64,000 nucleotides of DNA, taken from contig CAVQUB010000012.1 in assembly GCA_963716725.1 (NCBI GenBank), positions 192,001 through 256,000 on the forward strand, written 5' to 3'. Positions 30,017 to 39,605 of the stretch are shown piece by piece. The translations under genes and the position numbers were made by a program. Under the pieces are notes generated by a model. It searched no databases, was not told the DNA's origin, and saw only the letters and a list, made by a program, of their open reading frames with translations. This DNA is from an uncultured delta proteobacterium. GTDB taxonomy: Bacteria; Myxococcota_A; Polyangia; Polyangiales; Polyangiaceae. Numbering within the stretch: the stretch's first letter is position 1; each line of letters starts with the position of its first letter.

Positions 30017-30340
30017 TCAAGCCAAGAGCTGCTCGAGCAGGTCGAGGTTCTCGCGCTCCGCATCGTCGATCTCGCCGTCGACTGCGATCATCTGCCGGGC
30101 AGTGTCCAGGAACAGCGCGCGATGCGCACGTGGGATCCGGTTCGGATCGACCTCTTCGGCACGAGGCGGCGTCTTCAACCATTGCTGGACTTGTTCCTTC
30201 TCGTCGGCGTCCAACTCGAGCTTGCTCACCAGCTTCGTGACCAGGGCTCGCTCGCTGGCCTTCACCTCCAGATCGGCCCAGGCGAACGCGCACACGAACT
30301 TCAGTAGGAGCAGGCGCTCGTCCTTCTTCAGCTTCTGCAT
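30017..30340 (-). CDS. TerB-like protein
   Basis: Paired motifs AWADLEVKASE and IAVDGEIDDAE. Confidence 0.8.
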   Translation of the reverse strand: MQKLKKDERLLLLKFVCAFAWADLEVKASERALVTKLVSKLELDADEKEQVQQWLKTPPRAEEVDPNRIPRAHRALFLDTARQMIAVDGEIDDAERENLDLLEQLLA

Positions 30341-30496
30341 GGGACATTAGGGTAGTAGCCCGCCGCCGGGCTCGCGAGCAGAAATCGAGCGTGTCTAAGG
30401 TCTGGCTTTCTCAATCGATTTTCCGTGGCACCGGGCCAACGACCGGCGGAGAGGGTTTGGACGGGCCCAGCCGTATCTGCTAGCCAACCCCTTCGC

Positions 30497-31036
30497 ATGA
30501 TTCGGCCGCTCGCAACCATCGTCGCCGCTATTCTCTTCTCGCGGCCCGAGCTCGCACACGACGAGGCGGCGCGCTACGCGAAGATCGTCCATGAAGAGGC
30601 GAAGGCCCGACGTTTCGATCCGCTCACGCTGGTGGCGCTCGTGCACACCGAGAGCGCCTGGCATGCCGAGGTCGTCTCCCCGAACGGCGAGGACCATGGG
30701 CTGGGCCAGGTGCGAGCGCGCTTCGTGGGCGCCTGCAAGAAGGACGCGGATCCCCTCTCGAACCCCAGCGCCGAGTGCCAGGCCGTCAAAGACTCGCTGC
30801 TGGACGCCGAGACGAACCTCCGCGTGGTCGCGCAGCTCATCACCGACAACCAGAAGCTGTGCCTCGCCAAGACCAAGAGCGCCGCCTTGCCGAGGTGGCT
30901 CGCGAGCTATCAGGGGCTGAATTTTCCCAAGCAGAAGCGCTGGTGTGTGCCCGGCGACAAGACCTGGCGCGTGATCAAGTACCGCGACATCTTACTGAGC
31001 GAATCGCGCAAGCCAAAGGCGCCAGCAAAGCGCTGA
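30497..31036 (+). CDS. Lytic transglycosylase SLT-domain-like protein
   Basis: DPLTLVALVHTESAW (catalytic ES), GLGQV, D.ETNL and LASY. Confidence 0.65.
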   Translation: MIRPLATIVAAILFSRPELAHDEAARYAKIVHEEAKARRFDPLTLVALVHTESAWHAEVVSPNGEDHGLGQVRARFVGACKKDADPLSNPSAECQAVKDSLLDAETNLRVVAQLITDNQKLCLAKTKSAALPRWLASYQGLNFPKQKRWCVPGDKTWRVIKYRDILLSESRKPKAPAKR

Positions 31037-31063
31037 CGCCTCGGCACAATCTCCGCCCAGTCT

Positions 31064-32683
31064 TCAGAAGCGAACGGCGACCGTCGCGGAGCCACCGGCC
31101 TTGACCGTCGTGCCCGAAGCTTTGCGGCCATGCTCGGGGTGGATGAACATCACCGAGTGTGGGCCGGCGCTGACCTTGAGCCCCACCAAGGGCGTCGATC
31201 CAACCGGGCGCCCGTCGAGCACGACGTTGGCCATCGGGATCGAATTGATGTTGAGCGTGCCTTGCCCGCTGGCGTCGTCGGCAATGGCCTTCTTCGCTTC
31301 CTGCGGCTCGGCCTTCTTCGCTTCCTTCTGCTCGGCCTTGGCCGCCTTCGTCGCGACCGGGGCCTGCGCGGCGCGCTGAGCCACTTCTTCTGGCTTCAGG
31401 TCTGCAAGGTCCGTGGCCTTGACCTCGCCCTTGGGCGCGGGCGCCAGCGCGGGCGCGGTTGGCGAAAGGTCGATGTGCAGCGCGGCCTCACCGCCGCGTT
31501 CGACCGATATCGCCCGAGCGGCCGTGGTGGCGAATCCGGGCGCCTCGGCGCTGACGAAGTGCGTGCCCGCGGTCAGCTCATTGAGCTTGCAGGGGGCGCT
31601 CTCGCACTTGACGACGCCGTCGATCAGGATGCGCAGCCCCTCGATTTTCGAGCCGCCGGGACCCGCAGCGGTGATGGCGACGGCACCGGCCGCTGGCGAA
31701 CCGATCCCCAGCGCCGGGGCGCCCTTGACCGCCGCAAAACCCAGGCCGCCGATCAGGCCGAGGGATGCGAATGCGAGAGCCGTGACCAGCCCGGCGCGGC
31801 TCTTCTTCTGCACTGCAACCAGCGCGGGCGGCGGCACGCTGGCCGCCGTTGGCATCAGGCTGTGGGCGCGGCTCGCCGAAGTGGTCTCCTGCGTGCCGAT
31901 TGGGCGTGGCGCTGGCGGAGCAACGCTCGGCGGAGCGTAGCCCTTCATCGAGTTCGACGAAGCAACCAGGCTGGCGGCAGCGGACGCGCGTGTCGCCTTG
32001 GTGCGCACGGCTGGAGCGGCCCTCGATTCGACCTCGTCTTCGGTGTAGACGGGCGGCATCGGGGCCGTGCTCCCTCTCAGCAAGCTCGGGGGAGTGAGTT
32101 CGAGAAGTGACGACGGCGGCGGCGTGGGCAGCGGTGGCAGCTTCGCCGCGCTCGGAGTGGAGGGCGGCTTGGCGAAGGATGGGGCCGAAGGCAGCGGCGG
32201 GAGCTTGGCTGCGCTCGGCGAGGTGCCGGAGCGACGGCTCGGAGGCGGCGTGGGGACCAGCACGCGCGGAGCGGACGCGACCGGCCTCGAGGCGAGAGGT
32301 GCGAAAGCCAGCGGTGACGCCAGAGCCACCGTGGGACCGTCGTCGACGCCGTCGTCGTCGTCGTCGACGGGACGGATCGGTTCGAGTTGTGCCGGCTCAG
32401 CGGCGAGCAGTTCGTCGTCGTGCACTTCTTCCACGATCGCTCCGCGGGGCGCGCGGGCGCTCGGCGGCGGTGGGCGGAAGCTCGCCGGCTTGCTTCCTCG
32501 AAGGCTGGGCGGCGGGGGCACGGCGCGCGCGGACGGGGGGACGCCCTTCATCAATGTGGCCGCGGCGGTTGCCGGCGCCATGAAGCGCGGAGCAGGCAAA
32601 GCGGTGTCGGTCTTCTTCAGCTCCGGAAAAAGAACGTCGAGGTTCGGTTTTTCGTTCGAAGGTGATGAATTGAGGTTGGCCAT
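31064..32683 (-). CDS. Pro-rich single-pass membrane protein with C-terminal PEGA domains
   Basis: Long Pro/Ala/Ser-rich N-terminus and one TM segment. ILIDG...GTHFVSAEAPGF and GTLNINSIPMANVVLDGRPVGSTP. Confidence 0.8.
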   Translation of the reverse strand: MANLNSSPSNEKPNLDVLFPELKKTDTALPAPRFMAPATAAATLMKGVPPSARAVPPPPSLRGSKPASFRPPPPSARAPRGAIVEEVHDDELLAAEPAQLEPIRPVDDDDDGVDDGPTVALASPLAFAPLASRPVASAPRVLVPTPPPSRRSGTSPSAAKLPPLPSAPSFAKPPSTPSAAKLPPLPTPPPSSLLELTPPSLLRGSTAPMPPVYTEDEVESRAAPAVRTKATRASAAASLVASSNSMKGYAPPSVAPPAPRPIGTQETTSASRAHSLMPTAASVPPPALVAVQKKSRAGLVTALAFASLGLIGGLGFAAVKGAPALGIGSPAAGAVAITAAGPGGSKIEGLRILIDGVVKCESAPCKLNELTAGTHFVSAEAPGFATTAARAISVERGGEAALHIDLSPTAPALAPAPKGEVKATDLADLKPEEVAQRAAQAPVATKAAKAEQKEAKKAEPQEAKKAIADDASGQGTLNINSIPMANVVLDGRPVGSTPLVGLKVSAGPHSVMFIHPEHGRKASGTTVKAGGSATVAVRF

Positions 32684-32894
32684 TTGCTCCCTTTCGTCCG
32701 GTCGGCTGTCCGGAACGGACGCGAAACCATACACGCAATCCCAATGTGTGCACGCCGGATCTCCCGGAGATCAGGAGGTTTCATTTCAGGGAGCCGGTAA
32801 GGTTCCGCTGGCGGTGCTCGAGAGGTGCGACAGCCCGGCTGGTTCTCCCACATGTGGCCACATCGCCTCGCGACCCCTGAAGTAAGCTGCTGAG

Positions 32895-33116
32895 GTGGCT
32901 GAACGACACGACGTCGAAGCTCGCTTGGTGGAACTCGAAGTTCGCTTCACGCACCAGGATCGCGCGCTCTCGGACGTGAGCGCGGTGGTCTACCGGCAGC
33001 AGCAATTGATCGAACAGCTCGAGCGACGCCTGAAGTTTCTCGAGAAGCGGATCACCGACGCGGGCGAGCCCGCACCGCCGCGAGATCCCAGCGACGACGT
33101 GCCGCCGCACTATTGA
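32895..33116 (+). CDS. slyX: SlyX family protein
   Basis: RLVELEVRFTHQD...QQQLIE.L with C-terminal PPHY. Confidence 0.9.
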   Translation: MAERHDVEARLVELEVRFTHQDRALSDVSAVVYRQQQLIEQLERRLKFLEKRITDAGEPAPPRDPSDDVPPHY

Positions 33117-33129
33117 GCCACTCGCCGGT

Positions 33130-34122
33130 TCAGCCGCGCAGAAGCCCGCGTTCCCGGAAATACGCAATCGCATCCCTGAGCGTCTCTCGCAGCGGACGGT
33201 AGACCGCGCCGAGTTCCTGCTCCGAGCGTTTGCCCGAGAAGAAGCACGGCCTGGTGCTGTACTCGAAGAAGTTGCGGCTCAGTAGCGGCTCCGTGTTCGC
33301 GCGCCGAGCCTGCGCTTCCATCGCCTTCACGAGGCCACGCGCGACGCCGACCGGGATCTTGAAGTAACGCCGGGAGCGCCCTGCGGCATCATCGATGGAT
33401 TGCATGAGCTCGAGGGCCGATAGGTTGTGCGCGGTCGTCACGTAGCGGCGCCCCGCTCGGCCGCTCTCGGCGGCGCGCACGTGAACCTCGGCGGCGTCGC
33501 GCACGTCGACGTACGACGCTCCGCCGTCCATGTACACCGGCGGGCTGCCCGAGAGCGTGTTGATGATGAGCTTGCCGCTCGGGGTCGGCGAGATGTCCCC
33601 GGGACCGAGCACCACACCAGGGCACACCACCCGCAGGTCGAGATCCCACCGAGAAAAGTCCTCGGCGAGCTCGCGGCTGTGGAACTTGGCCCGGCTGTAG
33701 GCGAAATCGAGATCCCAGGCTTCGTAAGCCGTGTCTTCGTCGGCGAGTCCGCCGAGTGGGGGACGTCCGAGTGCCACGATGCTCGCGGTGTACACCACAC
33801 GAGCCACGCCCGCGCGCCGTGCCGCCTCGAGCATGTTGAACGTGCCGCTCATGTTCACGCGGTACATGTCCGTGGGATCCGGCGCCCATGCCTTGTAGAT
33901 GGCGGCGGCGTGGAACACGGTGTCGCGGCCCGCAACGGCCCGCTCGCACGCCTCCCGCGAGAGGATGTCGCCACGCAGCAGTTCGACGTCGAGCCCACGC
34001 AGGTTGTCCGTGGGCTCGTTGGGCAGCGCGAGCACGCGCACGTGCTTGCCTCGTGCGATCAACGCCCGAACGATAGCGCTGCCGAGGAATCCGCAGCCGC
34101 CGGTGACCAATGCCGATTTCAT
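33130..34122 (-). CDS. NAD-dependent epimerase/dehydratase (HpnA / dihydroflavonol reductase-like extended SDR)
   Basis: VTGGCGFLG, VFHAAA, VYTAS, YSRAK, GPGD..PTPSG and VDVRD. Confidence 0.9.
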   Translation of the reverse strand: MKSALVTGGCGFLGSAIVRALIARGKHVRVLALPNEPTDNLRGLDVELLRGDILSREACERAVAGRDTVFHAAAIYKAWAPDPTDMYRVNMSGTFNMLEAARRAGVARVVYTASIVALGRPPLGGLADEDTAYEAWDLDFAYSRAKFHSRELAEDFSRWDLDLRVVCPGVVLGPGDISPTPSGKLIINTLSGSPPVYMDGGASYVDVRDAAEVHVRAAESGRAGRRYVTTAHNLSALELMQSIDDAAGRSRRYFKIPVGVARGLVKAMEAQARRANTEPLLSRNFFEYSTRPCFFSGKRSEQELGAVYRPLRETLRDAIAYFRERGLLRG

Positions 34123-34150
34123 GTCTCTCCTTGCTGCGGAGCCCTGCGCG

Positions 34151-35110
34151 TCAGAAGCTCCACTTCCCGCTGAACCCGCTAGGGTTCACTCCCAGCGAAA
34201 CGCTCGCGGCCTTCGGCTTCGATTCACTGCCTGTGAGCAGCAGGTAGATCCCGACGCTACCCGCGACGGCCGCGACTCCGAAGGAGACGTTGGCTAGCGC
34301 GCGGTGGGTCAAAGCTCGGTCGTGCGCGTCCGCGTCCGTTTTGCCCGAGTCGTCGAAATCGCTCTTCGCCGACAGCGTTTGCACGCCAAAGTAGGCACCA
34401 GCACCCGCCGCCACGACTCCCGTGCCCAGCGCGACCCACCCCCAAGTGCACGAGGAACAAGTCGTCGTCGTCGTCTCTCTCGTCGGCGGCGATGTCGGGG
34501 CGAGCGGGACCGTCGCGGGCGCCGGCGTGGCGGACGGCTCTGCTGGGCGCTGCGCTGCGGCGTCGCTCGTTCCTTCGACTTCCACCGTTGTCGCGACCCC
34601 GGCCTTCAGCACGACATCGCGCTCGGCGCGAGTGCCATCGCGCCTTTCGAACACGAGCCGGTGAGCCCCCGGAGCCAAGTGAAAGTGCGCCGGGACCGCG
34701 GCCCTGGTTACGTGGGAAACGCTGACGTTCGCGCCGAGTGGCGTCGCCACGAACACGTAGCCGAGCATGGGCTTGAGCACCGCGAGGCGCGTCCTCGCGG
34801 CTCTTGCGCGATCGGCATCGAGTCCCTCGGACTCCAATGCACTCTCGAAAGCGTCCGCCGCGCGGGCCGGCTCGTTGGCCTTCTCCCAGGCGAGCGCGGC
34901 GTTGTACTTGGTTGCCGGATGAGGCTTGGCTCGGTAGGCCTCTTCGAAGGCGGCGGCGGCCGTCGCGTAGTCGTTCTTCGCAAACGCGGCCCGCGCTTTC
35001 TGGTCGAGCTCGGCGGCTTCGTCGGCCCACGACGGCGCGCTCCAAACGAGGTATGCCAGCGTCAGGCACCGGGCCCAACGCGCCCTGTTCACGGGTCGAC
35101 GACGGGTCAT
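34151..35110 (-). CDS. Exported TPR + PEGA-like protein with a C-terminal hydrophobic hairpin
   Basis: Signal peptide, TPR (AAAAFEEAY...YNAALAWE), a beta domain and two Gly-rich hydrophobic segments. ATGA overlap with the kinase stop. Confidence 0.78.
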   Translation of the reverse strand: MTRRRPVNRARWARCLTLAYLVWSAPSWADEAAELDQKARAAFAKNDYATAAAAFEEAYRAKPHPATKYNAALAWEKANEPARAADAFESALESEGLDADRARAARTRLAVLKPMLGYVFVATPLGANVSVSHVTRAAVPAHFHLAPGAHRLVFERRDGTRAERDVVLKAGVATTVEVEGTSDAAAQRPAEPSATPAPATVPLAPTSPPTRETTTTTCSSCTWGWVALGTGVVAAGAGAYFGVQTLSAKSDFDDSGKTDADAHDRALTHRALANVSFGVAAVAGSVGIYLLLTGSESKPKAASVSLGVNPSGFSGKWSF

Positions 35111-36765
35111 TTCTCGTACGGGGTGGGAGCGAGGCCGGGAAGATCCGGGGCCTTGGGGGATTCTCTCACGACTTTGCCGGGTGCGGCAGCTCCTCCCTGC
35201 TTCTTGGGCTCGGGAAAGATCAGCGCCACCGTCTCGGTGCCGGCGGGCGCGTTGGCCTTTGCCTTCCTCTGGTCTTGGGCCACGGCCTCGAGCTCCAACG
35301 CCCTACCGCTCTCGGAGTTCTCGAGCGTGATCCGGAGGCTCTTGTTCGGAGCACCGACGAGCACCGATCGGCCGTTGAGTTGAAGGCTCTTGATCGGCAC
35401 ATTGGCCTCCACCCTGAGCTGAGGCGGGGCAGGCGCTGAGCTCGCCAATGGGGCAATCGAGGCCCGGTTTGCCGGCGCCGTGACGGGTGCTGGTGTCGCC
35501 GCCACGGTGGCATGCGCGTCGGCGCGCGACTGGCTGCGTCCGAACCACCACGCGGCAAATGCGATGGCTATCACGCCGCTGGCGCCGAGGGACGCGATCA
35601 CTCCTCGACGCGTTGCGCTCGCCGGGGGCGGCGCGACGCCGGACTGGCTGAAGCGCGCCAGGCTGGCGGCGGAGATCGCGCTCGTCGTCTCTTCGGCCCG
35701 GCCGCCGAGACTGGGCGTCGCGGTGTCCGTGGCGGCGTGGGTCGCGGCCGCGCTGACCTGCGCCAGGCTGCCTCGCAGCCGGATGACGCGACTGACCTGT
35801 TCGCGGCGAGCGTCAATCTTGTTCCGCGCCGTGGCTTGGACGAACTCGCTCACCTCGTGGGTGTCCGCCAGGCCCCCAGCGCTCTTCCACGCATCGGCGA
35901 CGCGTCGGCGCAGCTCGTCCGCGCTCGAGCAGCGCTGGTCCACGTCCATGGTGAGGGCGCTGGCCACCACGTCGTCGAGCTCTTGGGGAATGTCTGGTCG
36001 GATGCTCGACACCCGCGGCGGCGGCTCGTTGACGATCTTGAGCAGCATCGCGACCTGATCTTCGGAGCGATACAGGCGTTGGCCGGCCAGGATTTCCCAG
36101 GCCACGACCCCTGCCGCCCAGACGTCGCAGCGGCGGTCGACTCGCTTTCCGAGGGCCTGCTCCGGCGCCATGTAGGCGACCTTGCCCTTGATGATGCCAG
36201 AGCTCGTCACATTCACGCGCCCGGACGCCTTGGCGACGCCGAAGTCCGTGAGGCGGGTGACACCGTCGGTGCCGACCAGGATGTTCTGGGGGCTGAAGTC
36301 GCGGTGCACGAGATCCAGCAACAGGCCGTCGTCGTCCCGGAGCTCGTGGGCTGCGTGCAGGCCGGCCAGCGCATCGACCAAAATGCGCCCGGCGATGGGC
36401 AGCGGCATCATCGCCCCTTCGGCCCGAACTGCGCGATGGAGGCCGCTCAGCGTGTCGCCCTCCACGTATTCCATCACCAAGAACACACCGTGTGGGCTGT
36501 CGCCGACCTCGACCACCGACACGACGTTGGGGTGACGGATCCGCACCGCCAGCTTGGCCTCCTCCACGAGCGAAACGGTCGATTCCCGCCCCTCGGCGTT
36601 GAGGAAGGGGTGCATCAACTTGAGCGCGACCTCGCGGTGCACGTCACCGATCACCGCCACGCGGGCCAGGTAGACCGTTGCCATACCGCCCGTCCCAATG
36701 GGCAGCATGAGCTGGTAGCGACCCACACGCTCCGGGTGGGGCGGTGCGGAGTCGTCGACAGGCAT
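35107..36765 (-). CDS. Membrane-anchored Ser/Thr protein kinase
   Basis: GTGGMATV, VALK, HRDFSPQN, DFGVAK, GKVAYMAPEQ and DVWAAG, followed by a TM segment. ATG at 36765. Confidence 0.93.
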   Translation of the reverse strand: MPVDDSAPPHPERVGRYQLMLPIGTGGMATVYLARVAVIGDVHREVALKLMHPFLNAEGRESTVSLVEEAKLAVRIRHPNVVSVVEVGDSPHGVFLVMEYVEGDTLSGLHRAVRAEGAMMPLPIAGRILVDALAGLHAAHELRDDDGLLLDLVHRDFSPQNILVGTDGVTRLTDFGVAKASGRVNVTSSGIIKGKVAYMAPEQALGKRVDRRCDVWAAGVVAWEILAGQRLYRSEDQVAMLLKIVNEPPPRVSSIRPDIPQELDDVVASALTMDVDQRCSSADELRRRVADAWKSAGGLADTHEVSEFVQATARNKIDARREQVSRVIRLRGSLAQVSAAATHAATDTATPSLGGRAEETTSAISAASLARFSQSGVAPPPASATRRGVIASLGASGVIAIAFAAWWFGRSQSRADAHATVAATPAPVTAPANRASIAPLASSAPAPPQLRVEANVPIKSLQLNGRSVLVGAPNKSLRITLENSESGRALELEAVAQDQRKAKANAPAGTETVALIFPEPKKQGGAAAPGKVVRESPKAPDLPGLAPTPYEK

Positions 36766-36825
36766 GGGCGCCGACAGAATACCACGGTTTTCCCGGGCCT
36801 CCGGGTGTATGACCTGCCCTTGGAA

Positions 36826-38175
36826 ATGCACGCGAACGAACCCGAGAAAACCGCGGTCGAGGCCCTCGAACTCTTCAAGGAACTGCTGCGCATCGACACC
36901 ACCAACCCGCCCGGCAACGAGCGACCTGCCGCCGAGCTGCTCGCGCGTCTCTTCGAGCGAGAAGGCATCGAGTACTCGGTCGTCGAGAGTGAACCGACGC
37001 GAGCCAGTGTCGTCGCACGACTCCGGGGAACGGGCGATCGGGGGGCCTTGCTGTTGAACGGTCATCTCGACGTGGTCCCCGTCGACCGAGAGGCCTGGTC
37101 GCACGATCCCTTCGCCGCCGTCGAAGCCGATGGCTGCATTTGGGGGCGCGGCGCCATCGACATGAAGAACATGGTCGCGATGAGCGCCATGACCTTGGTC
37201 CAGCTCAAGCGGTCGGGGGTGCGGCTCAGCCGCGACCTGATCTTCGCCGGTGTCGCCGACGAAGAAGCGGGCTCCAATCACGGGGCGCTGTTCTTGGTGC
37301 AGCAGCACCCAGATCTGGTGCGGTCGGAGTACGTGTTGAACGAAGTCGGCGGGCACACCCTCCACATGGGCGCTTCGCGCTTCTATCCGGTGCAGGTTTC
37401 CGAGAAGGGGATCTGCTGGTTCGAGCTGGTGGCCACCGGCGAGCCGGGCCACGGGTCGATGCCGCACCCGAACAACGCGGTGGTGAAGCTCGCTCGAGCC
37501 ATCCGCGCGCTGGGTGAGACGCGGTTGCCGCAGCGGGTCACGCCCGTGGTCGCGGGGTTCTTGCGCACTCTGGCCCGCGGCGCGCCTTTCCCCCAGAGCA
37601 AGCTCCTGCCCCTGATGCTCGAGCCTCGCCTGGCCGGGTTCCTGCTCGATACGCTGGAGCGACAGAACCCCGACCAGGCGCGCGCCATCGGCGCCATGCT
37701 GCGCAACACCGTCTCGCCCACGATCCTCAGGGCGGGCCGCAAAGTGAACGTGATCCCCTCGGAAGCTCGCGCCGAGCTCGACGGGCGCGTGGTTCCCGGC
37801 ACGAGCGTGGGGGAGTTCTTGGCCGAGGTGCAAGACGTCATCGGCCGCGACCTGCGCCTCAACGTGCTCGAGCAGCACGACGGAACCGTCTTCGAGACCC
37901 ACACCCCGCTCTATGACGCCATCGTCGAGGCCGTCGGACGCAACGACCCGGGCGGCATCGTCGTTCCTTACATGATCCCGGGCTTCACCGACTCCTTCGC
38001 CTACGCTCGACTCGGCGCGACTTGCTACGGCTTTTCGCCGGTGCGGCTGCCTCCGGATCTCAACTTCACGCGCATGTACCACGGGCACGACGAGCGCATC
38101 CCGATCGACGGTTTCAGCTGGGGCTTCAAGTTGTTGTCGCAGCTGGTTGGTGATTTCTGCGCGAGCGGAGCCTGA
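36826..38175 (+). CDS. M20/M25/M40 family metallopeptidase/deacylase
   Basis: IDTTNPPGNE, GHLDVVP, GRGAIDMK, ADEE, GHGS, GFTDS and HGHDERI. Confidence 0.92.
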   Translation: MHANEPEKTAVEALELFKELLRIDTTNPPGNERPAAELLARLFEREGIEYSVVESEPTRASVVARLRGTGDRGALLLNGHLDVVPVDREAWSHDPFAAVEADGCIWGRGAIDMKNMVAMSAMTLVQLKRSGVRLSRDLIFAGVADEEAGSNHGALFLVQQHPDLVRSEYVLNEVGGHTLHMGASRFYPVQVSEKGICWFELVATGEPGHGSMPHPNNAVVKLARAIRALGETRLPQRVTPVVAGFLRTLARGAPFPQSKLLPLMLEPRLAGFLLDTLERQNPDQARAIGAMLRNTVSPTILRAGRKVNVIPSEARAELDGRVVPGTSVGEFLAEVQDVIGRDLRLNVLEQHDGTVFETHTPLYDAIVEAVGRNDPGGIVVPYMIPGFTDSFAYARLGATCYGFSPVRLPPDLNFTRMYHGHDERIPIDGFSWGFKLLSQLVGDFCASGA

Positions 38176-38180
38176 ACGAG

Positions 38181-38843
38181 ATGTCGAATCGCACGCTGGC
38201 CGTCACCGACCGTATCTACGAGTACTTGCTGGCGACCACCGTGCGCGAGCCCAGGGTGCTGGCCGAGCTTCGGGAGGAGACCCAACGTCTTCCCATGGCC
38301 CGGATGCAGATCGCTCCCGAGCAAGGCCAGCTGATGGGGCTCTTGGTCGAACTCATCGGCGCGCGCCGTGCGCTCGAGATCGGCGTGTTCACCGGTTACA
38401 GCGCAATCGCCGTAGCTCTCGCGCTGCCAGCAGACGGGCTCCTGGTCGCCTGCGACGTGAACGAAGAGTGGACGAAACTGGCGCAGCAATACTTTGCGCG
38501 CGCCGGAGTCGCCGGCAAAATCGAGCTGCACCTGCGCCCGGCCGTCGAGACCTTGGACGCGCTGATCGCCAAGGGAGAGGCCGGAAGCTTCGACTTTGCG
38601 TTCGTGGACGCCGACAAGGAGAACTACGGCGCGTATTACGAGCGCTGTCTCGTGTTGCTCCGGACCGGTGGCCTGGTGGCGTTTGACAATGCGCTCTGGG
38701 GCGGCGATGTGGCCGAGCCCGAGAACCACGACACCGACACCGTCGCCATCCGGGAGCTGAACCGTCGAATCGCCGACGATCCACGGGTCAGCATCTCGCT
38801 CGTGCCCATCGGCGACGGCCTGCTCCTGGCGCGCAAGCGCTGA
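38181..38843 (+). CDS. Class I SAM-dependent O-methyltransferase (caffeoyl-CoA OMT-like)
   Basis: MQIAPEQGQ, LEIGVFTGYS, FDFAFVDADKENY, DNALW and PIGDGL. Confidence 0.93.
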   Translation: MSNRTLAVTDRIYEYLLATTVREPRVLAELREETQRLPMARMQIAPEQGQLMGLLVELIGARRALEIGVFTGYSAIAVALALPADGLLVACDVNEEWTKLAQQYFARAGVAGKIELHLRPAVETLDALIAKGEAGSFDFAFVDADKENYGAYYERCLVLLRTGGLVAFDNALWGGDVAEPENHDTDTVAIRELNRRIADDPRVSISLVPIGDGLLLARKR

Positions 38844-38847
38844 GGGT

Positions 38848-39603
38848 TCAGCTCGCGCGGAGCCCGGGCGGCAAGGCCCAATCGATCAGCTCGGAGTACT
38901 GGAGGCGCTGAGCGTCGCTCACGTCCTTCCAGGCGGCGCCGAGGAACTCGTGGAAGAGCTGAATCGCCAGCGCGTTCGCCCCGTGCTCCGTCGCCGATCC
39001 AGGGCGTTCGGCCTCCCACTTCGCCTGCTCGAGGGCGTGCTGCCGTAGCTTCTGAGAGCGCGCACGTCCGAGCCCCACGAAGCGATACGCCGCGGCTCCC
39101 GCGGCCTGGGTCGGGATCTGTGCCGCGTCGCGCGGCGCGCTGACGGCGTCGAGGGCGATCAGGGCAGCGCTGGCGGCGTAGTGAGCGCCCAGCGCGGCGT
39201 AGCGTACGACCACGGCGTCGGCATGGGGATCCAGCGGCGTGGCCTGACTCGAAGCCCGTGGCTCCCGCGCCAGTGATGCGCGGACGGCATCGGCCGTGGC
39301 GCGTTCCAGCGGCGTGAGCGAGGAGAAGAGCTCGGCCCGCGCCTTGCTTACAGTGGAGGCGTCGCGCTGACCGGTGATGAATCCGTCGAGGGCATCGAGG
39401 GCGTGCAGGACCGGAAGGCGCGCGGTTGGCGGCGCGCACAGCTCGACGGAATGCAGGGCGATGGTGCGGCACAAGTGCAGCAGTCCGCGGTGGATCGCGT
39501 CGCCTGGCGAGACGAGCCCCAGGGCCCTTTCGAAGGCCGCCGGAGCCGCGCCCGTCAGCTGCTCCGACGTCGGCACCAGTGGCAGTGCGCGGGGCTTGCC
39601 CAC
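38848..39603 (-). CDS. Ala-rich helical hypothetical protein
   Basis: Protein-like ORF immediately downstream of serB; probable GTG start at 39603. Confidence 0.6.
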   Translation of the reverse strand: MGKPRALPLVPTSEQLTGAAPAAFERALGLVSPGDAIHRGLLHLCRTIALHSVELCAPPTARLPVLHALDALDGFITGQRDASTVSKARAELFSSLTPLERATADAVRASLAREPRASSQATPLDPHADAVVVRYAALGAHYAASAALIALDAVSAPRDAAQIPTQAAGAAAYRFVGLGRARSQKLRQHALEQAKWEAERPGSATEHGANALAIQLFHEFLGAAWKDVSDAQRLQYSELIDWALPPGLRAS

Positions 39604-39605
39604 GG

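Noticed and set aside
35107..38175. Very long ORF calls 35107-38088 (-) and 35512-38175 (+) as fusion proteins
   Set aside because: Each is a real gene (kinase or M20 peptidase) extended upstream through the antisense of its divergent neighbour. The true starts are near 36765 and 36826.
38848..39603. Imm5-like immunity protein call
   Set aside because: The resemblance is only a vague Ala-rich helical pattern, and no adjacent toxin gene is present.
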